Source of the DNA: Deltaproteobacteria bacterium
GTDB lineage: Bacteria > Desulfobacterota > SM23-61
Direction of reading: 5' to 3'
NCBI GenBank assembly: GCA_016234425.1
Contig: JACRCA010000114.1
Coordinates: 1 to 38,027 of the forward strand
DNA length: 38,027 bases
How positions within the stretch are numbered: the stretch's first letter is position 1; each line of letters begins with the position of its first letter. This document shows positions 34,528-38,027 of the stretch, piece by piece. The position numbers were made by a program, and so were the translations under genes. The notes under the pieces are model-generated. The model saw nothing but the letters and a program-made list of their open reading frames with translations. It did not search any database and was not told the origin of the DNA.

Positions 34528-34914
34528 AATGTCATGCTCATTTCTTCTCGCAATCTAGTAAAGTTCTTGAATTCTTAATTTTTCTTTTTCACCAGCTTGC
34601 CGCATATTATTTTCCTCATAAGATTTTTCTCCCCGCCTTTTCTGGGATAGGATGAATCATCCAAGAAATCGGGAGCCATTGTTCGCTTAGCTGTTTCTTG
34701 GGCCGAAATGGTCATTCCCACGTAGGAAAATGGGGAAAGGCGTATGCCAGGTGTCACCCTGGGAATTTCTCAGATGGGTGCCAGGCTTTAAAAATCTCCT
34801 GGGATCTACGGGACTTTTATTTCCTCGGGAAACGCTAATCTCAGAAAACCAAGTTTCATAGAGAGAGAAGGCCATTCCCTGGAGTTCCCTTGTTTGGCGG
34901 GCCAAGGAAATATC

Positions 34915-34942
34915 TTGACTTTTTAATGGAAAAGTTTATCAT
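34915..34942 (+). promoter_or_regulatory. Sigma70-type promoter candidate for zapB-zapA
   Basis: TTGACT (34915-34920), a 16-nt spacer, then TATCAT (34937-34942), about 60 nt upstream of ATG 35002. Confidence 0.3.
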
Positions 34943-35001
34943 AAGCGTATTAATATGGGACTGGCCAAAAGGAAAAGAAGAGGCGGAGAAAGAATGGGAA
35001 A

Positions 35002-35247
35002 ATGACAAAGGAAATTGATAAATTTGAAATCTTGGAAGAGAAGATCACGCAGCTGGTGGACGCCTACGCCTCCCTAACAAATGAGAAAGCCTCTCTGGGA
35101 GAAAAGCTAGCCCAGAAAGAGTTGGAAATTCAAGGGCTGACGGAGAAAGTGGCCCGTTTGTCCAAAGAGCGGGAAACCGCCAGAGAAAAGGTGGAGGGGC
35201 TTTTGAATCGGCTTGACATTCTCATCTCCGCCGATCGGCCACATTGA
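35002..35247 (+). CDS. zapB: ZapB-like coiled-coil cell division protein
   Basis: 81 aa, all coiled coil. FEILEEKITQLVDAYASL...EKVEGLLNRLD parallels the ZapB pattern FEKLEAKVQQAID...LLGRME. Located immediately upstream of zapA. Confidence 0.55.
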   Translation: MTKEIDKFEILEEKITQLVDAYASLTNEKASLGEKLAQKELEIQGLTEKVARLSKERETAREKVEGLLNRLDILISADRPH

Positions 35248-35260
35248 ATATTGAATAAAG

Positions 35261-35542
35261 ATGGAAAACCTCGTTCGGATACAAATTCTGGGGCGTGAAT
35301 ACACCGTAAAGAGTGATGAGGAAGAAGGGCGGGTTAGGAAAATTGCTGAATATGTGAATCAAAAAATCAAAGAAGTTGCGGAGGGTAGCAAGACTGTTTC
35401 GACTCTAAACATAGCGATTCTGGCCGCTTTGAACATTGCCAATGACTATTTTAAAGCAGTGGAAAGTCAAAAAAGTTTCACCCAAACGATTGAAGCAAAG
35501 TCCGGCCGGTTGATTGAAATGATTAATGCGCAAATTGATTGA
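35261..35542 (+). CDS. zapA: Cell division protein ZapA
   Basis: VRIQILGREYTVKSDEEEGRVRKIAEYVNQKIKEV...LNIAILAALNIANDY is the canonical ZapA pattern. 93 aa. Confidence 0.85.
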   Translation: MENLVRIQILGREYTVKSDEEEGRVRKIAEYVNQKIKEVAEGSKTVSTLNIAILAALNIANDYFKAVESQKSFTQTIEAKSGRLIEMINAQID

Positions 35543-35558
35543 GAGACTTAGATAGCCC

Positions 35559-35745
35559 ATCCCCTGCGATGTTGGTGATGATGCCATATTCTTTGATCCA
35601 ACAGCAAGAGAACGGGAGCTGTCCCTTATTGCGGCTGGCCTGTCCCAAATCGGCAACGAACTGGGAACGCCAAAAGTAATAATATGGCCCCCACCTAGAA
35701 AAACTAGGTTCAAAAAGAAAGCATCACACGGCATTTGCGGGGGAT
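35559..35745 (+). ncRNA. ssrS: 6S RNA candidate (ends approximate)
   Basis: About 187 nt, immediately downstream of zapA as in the E. coli zapA-ssrS arrangement. The hand fold gives a long imperfect closing helix: ATCCCC 35559-64 with GGGGAT 35740-45, GGTGATGATGC 35575-84 with GCATCACAC 35721-29, and TTCTTT 35589-94 with AAAGAA 35714-19. An unpaired central region spans about 35600-35625 and about 35684-35706. The apical helix pairs TTATT 35626-30 with AATAA 35678-82 and TCCC 35643-46 with GGGA 35663-66. The G-U pairs favour the + strand. Confidence 0.55.
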
Positions 35746-36084
35746 ACAGAAAGTAGGGTTATCGGTTTTATCCTGTGATTTTTAGGATCCTTTGAGGATA
35801 TTGTAAGAGCAGAGGGAGAATTTAAACAGAAAGTAAAGGAAGAAAAAAGCTTAAGTTTCATGGATAGATTTAAAAAACTTGGCCAAAATGATACTTCCCC
35901 GAAAAAGGGGAGAGGAAAGAAAATGTTGGTAAGTTTTGGCGCAAAGGAAAACCACACCGAAAGATTTAGAAAAACTGCTTAAGCCTGAATTTCCTCCTTT
36001 CCTTTTCTCCCGCAAAATTTATTAAACCAAAAAGGAGATTTTTCAGGGTTTATTCGGCGACCAATTTGCCGGATCATTCCCTGC

Positions 36085-37665
36085 ATGAAAGAGAATATGC
36101 CAGTGAATATCTATATGATGATGGGAGCGGGTCTGGTTCTCCTTCTGGTCGGTATCTTGCTAGGCATGCTCCTGCACAGAAAGATGACCGCGCTTCGGTC
36201 TCGATTGGCCGAGCAGAAGGCCCGAGAGGCGGTCGAAGAAGCCAAGAGAGAAGCCGAATCCATTAAGAAAGAAGGTGAGATCCAGGCTAAAGATCATTTC
36301 TTCCGGGCCAGGACGGAATTTGAAGCTGAAGCCAAAGAACGCCGCCAAGAACTGCTGAATATGGAGAGGCGATTGCTGCAGAAAGAAGAAAATTTGGAGA
36401 AGAGGGTTGATCTTTTGGATCAAAAGGAGTCTGGTCTATCTAAGCGGGAGAAGGCGTTGCTTCAGCAAGAGAAAATCGTCGGCGAGAAAGAGAAGAAATA
36501 TGCCGTGATGGTTGAAGAGCAGCGGCAGAATCTGGAACGCATTGCGGGAGTTTCCGCAGAAGAGGCCAAGGAACGTTTGATGAAGCTCGTGGAGAGTGAA
36601 ATGCGACATGAATCTGCCAAGCTTATAAAAAAGATTGAAGAAGAGACGCAGAGCCAAGCAGACAAACGAGCCAAAGAGATTATCGTCTCGGCCATTCAAC
36701 GTTATGCGGCAGATTACGTGGCCGAGGAAACTGTTTCGGTAGTCAACCTACCCAATGAGGAGATGAAAGGTAGGATCATCGGTAGGGAGGGGCGGAATAT
36801 TCGAGCTTTAGAGGCAGCAACGGGAGTGGATTTGATCATCGATGATACCCCGGAAGCTGTGATCATCTCAGGCTTTAACCCCATCCGCCGGGAGATCGCT
36901 CGCATTACACTTGAACGATTGATCACGGATGGCCGCATCCATCCCGGGCGGATTGAAGAAATCGCAACGAAAGTTGAACAAGAGATGGAGCAGACCATCC
37001 GGGAGAGTGGAGAACGGGCGACTTTTGATGTAGGGGTCCACGGGATTCACCCAGAATTAATCAAGATGGTGGGGAAACTAATATTCCGTACCAGTTTTGC
37101 GCAAAATGTTTTCCAGCATTCTTTAGAGGTGGCCTTCCTCGCTGGGGCCATGGCTGCGGAACTTGGAATAAACATCAAGCAGGCCAAACGGGCTGGGCTT
37201 CTCCATGACATTGGTAAGGCTGTGGACCATGAAGTGGAAGGAGCGCATGCTTTGATTGGAGCTGATCTAGCTCGAAAATACGGGGAGGCTCAAAGAATCA
37301 TCCACGCCATTGCCGCTCATCACGATGATGAAAAACCCCAGACTACTCTGGCCATCTTGATCCAGGCAGCCGATGCTTTATCTGCGGCTCGCCCGGGTGC
37401 TCGACGGGAGATGCTGGAGACTTATGTCAAGCGGTTAGAGGAATTGGAAAGAATTTCATATTCATTTCCTGGAGTTAGCAAAGCTTATGCGATTCAAGCA
37501 GGTAGGGAAGTCCGAGTGATCGTAGAAAATGAGGAGATCTCCGATGCTGATGCTATAATGCTAAGCAGGGATATTGCTCGCAAAATCGAAAACGAATTGA
37601 GTTACCCGGGGCAGATTAAAGTAACGGTAATCAGAGAAACCAGAGCCGTGGAATATGCTAAGTAG
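36085..37665 (+). CDS. rny: Ribonuclease Y
   Basis: N-terminal TM segment, a long charged coiled coil, a KH domain ([28 protein letters not shown]) and an HD domain ([17 protein letters not shown]...LLHDIGKA). The C-terminus ends [20 protein letters not shown]. Confidence 0.9.
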   Translation: MKENMPVNIYMMMGAGLVLLLVGILLGMLLHRKMTALRSRLAEQKAREAVEEAKREAESIKKEGEIQAKDHFFRARTEFEAEAKERRQELLNMERRLLQKEENLEKRVDLLDQKESGLSKREKALLQQEKIVGEKEKKYAVMVEEQRQNLERIAGVSAEEAKERLMKLVESEMRHESAKLIKKIEEETQSQADKRAKEIIVSAIQRYAADYVAEETVSVVNLPNEEMKGRIIGREGRNIRALEAATGVDLIIDDTPEAVIISGFNPIRREIARITLERLITDGRIHPGRIEEIATKVEQEMEQTIRESGERATFDVGVHGIHPELIKMVGKLIFRTSFAQNVFQHSLEVAFLAGAMAAELGINIKQAKRAGLLHDIGKAVDHEVEGAHALIGADLARKYGEAQRIIHAIAAHHDDEKPQTTLAILIQAADALSAARPGARREMLETYVKRLEELERISYSFPGVSKAYAIQAGREVRVIVENEEISDADAIMLSRDIARKIENELSYPGQIKVTVIRETRAVEYAK

Positions 37666-37703
37666 TTAAAAGGGCTGATGAAAAAGAAAATTTAAGTATT
37701 TTA

Positions 37704-37732
37704 GTTGACAAAAAAAAATAAATGCTTTACTT
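37704..37732 (+). promoter_or_regulatory. rRNA operon promoter candidate P1
   Basis: TTGACA (37704-09), a 17-nt A-rich spacer, then TACTTT (37727-32). Confidence 0.4.
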
Positions 37733-37791
37733 TAAACAATTGGAAAAGAGATAATTCTGCAAAAAAATTTGCCCTCAATTCATTTTTTTCT

Positions 37792-37820
37792 CTTGACAAT
37801 CTTCTGAATTATTTATATAC
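37792..37820 (+). promoter_or_regulatory. rRNA operon promoter candidate P2
   Basis: TTGACA (37792-97), a 17-nt spacer, then TATACT (37815-20), with a T/A-rich UP-like tract upstream. About 110 nt before the 16S 5' end. Confidence 0.55.
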
Positions 37821-37931
37821 TAAAAATCTTCGATTATAATCTTGTTCTTTGAAAACTAAATAGCAAAATCCTTGTCGTTGGGTCTTCTCTTCGTAATAAA
37901 GCCAAAGTTCTAAGGAACTTGGCACACGATT

Positions 37932-38027
37932 TAATTGGAGAGTTTGATCCTGGCTCAGAACGAACGCTAGCGGCGTGCCTAACACATGCAAGTCGTACGA
38001 GAAATCCTGAGCAATCGGGAGAGTAAA
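37932..38027 (+). rRNA. rrs: 16S rRNA, 5' end only (continues beyond the window)
   Basis: AATTGGAGAGTTTGATCCTGGCTCAGAACGAACGCTAGCGGCGTGCCTAACACATGCAAGTCG matches the universal 5' 16S region, including the 8-27F primer site. Confidence 0.95.

Noticed and set aside
34575-34905. Two minus-strand ORFs of 60 and 72 aa in the murJ-zapB gap
   Set aside because: They have no RBS and odd composition, and they overlap each other. I treat them as non-coding, but the gap itself is reported as a low-interest finding.
35724-35957. 77-aa minus-strand ORF downstream of zapA
   Set aside because: It is Phe/Ser/Leu/Pro-rich, the antisense of a purine-rich spacer, and overlaps the 3' end of the 6S RNA candidate. 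No RBS is present.
35860-35982. 40-aa highly basic plus-strand mini-ORF (MDRFKKLGQNDTSPKKGRGKK...)
   Set aside because: There is no Shine-Dalgarno at a usable distance and I know of no conservation. It is probably a chance ORF in A-rich DNA.
37809-37991. 60-aa minus-strand ORF
   Set aside because: It overlaps the rRNA promoter/leader and the 16S 5' end, so it is spurious.

Overview
38-kb chromosomal window from a diderm bacterium: pilQ secretin, lptE and lipobox lipoproteins are present. GC looks mid-range, roughly 40-55% by eye. The 16S 5' end is of the GAACGAACGCT type and I cannot place it more precisely. Most of the window is housekeeping. In order: ldcA-spmA-spmB (minus strand); a GC-rich fused double UvrA; a SnoaL-like protein; an MBL hydrolase, nth and a flavin reductase (minus strand); cysK, a larE-like gene, thiW and an orphan P-loop protein; fur, feoB, a Cys-rich mini-protein and a DtxR-family regulator; ftsB; an XRE regulator; an unknown secreted protein; pilMNOPQ; leuS; two unusual envelope proteins; lptE-holA; rpsT (minus strand); murJ; a zapB-like gene, zapA and a 6S RNA candidate; rny; tandem rRNA promoters; and the first ~96 nt of 16S rRNA. 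I saw no CRISPR array, transposase, integrase, tRNA or recognisable defence system. The features most worth follow-up are: (1) a two-gene envelope module inserted into the conserved leuS-lptE-holA array, made of a DUF799-like lipoprotein fused to FN3 and two beta-helix modules plus an LPP20-like partner; (2) a 1780-aa head-to-tail fused, asymmetric double UvrA that forms a single-gene GC-rich island; (3) a MITE/REP-like double palindrome between a Fur-box promoter and the fur-feoB operon; (4) a Cys-rich mini-ORF translationally coupled between feoB and the DtxR-family gene; (5) the riboswitch-less cluster of cysK, the larE-like gene, thiW and the P-loop gene. All family assignments come from motif recognition by eye and need HMM or BLAST confirmation.
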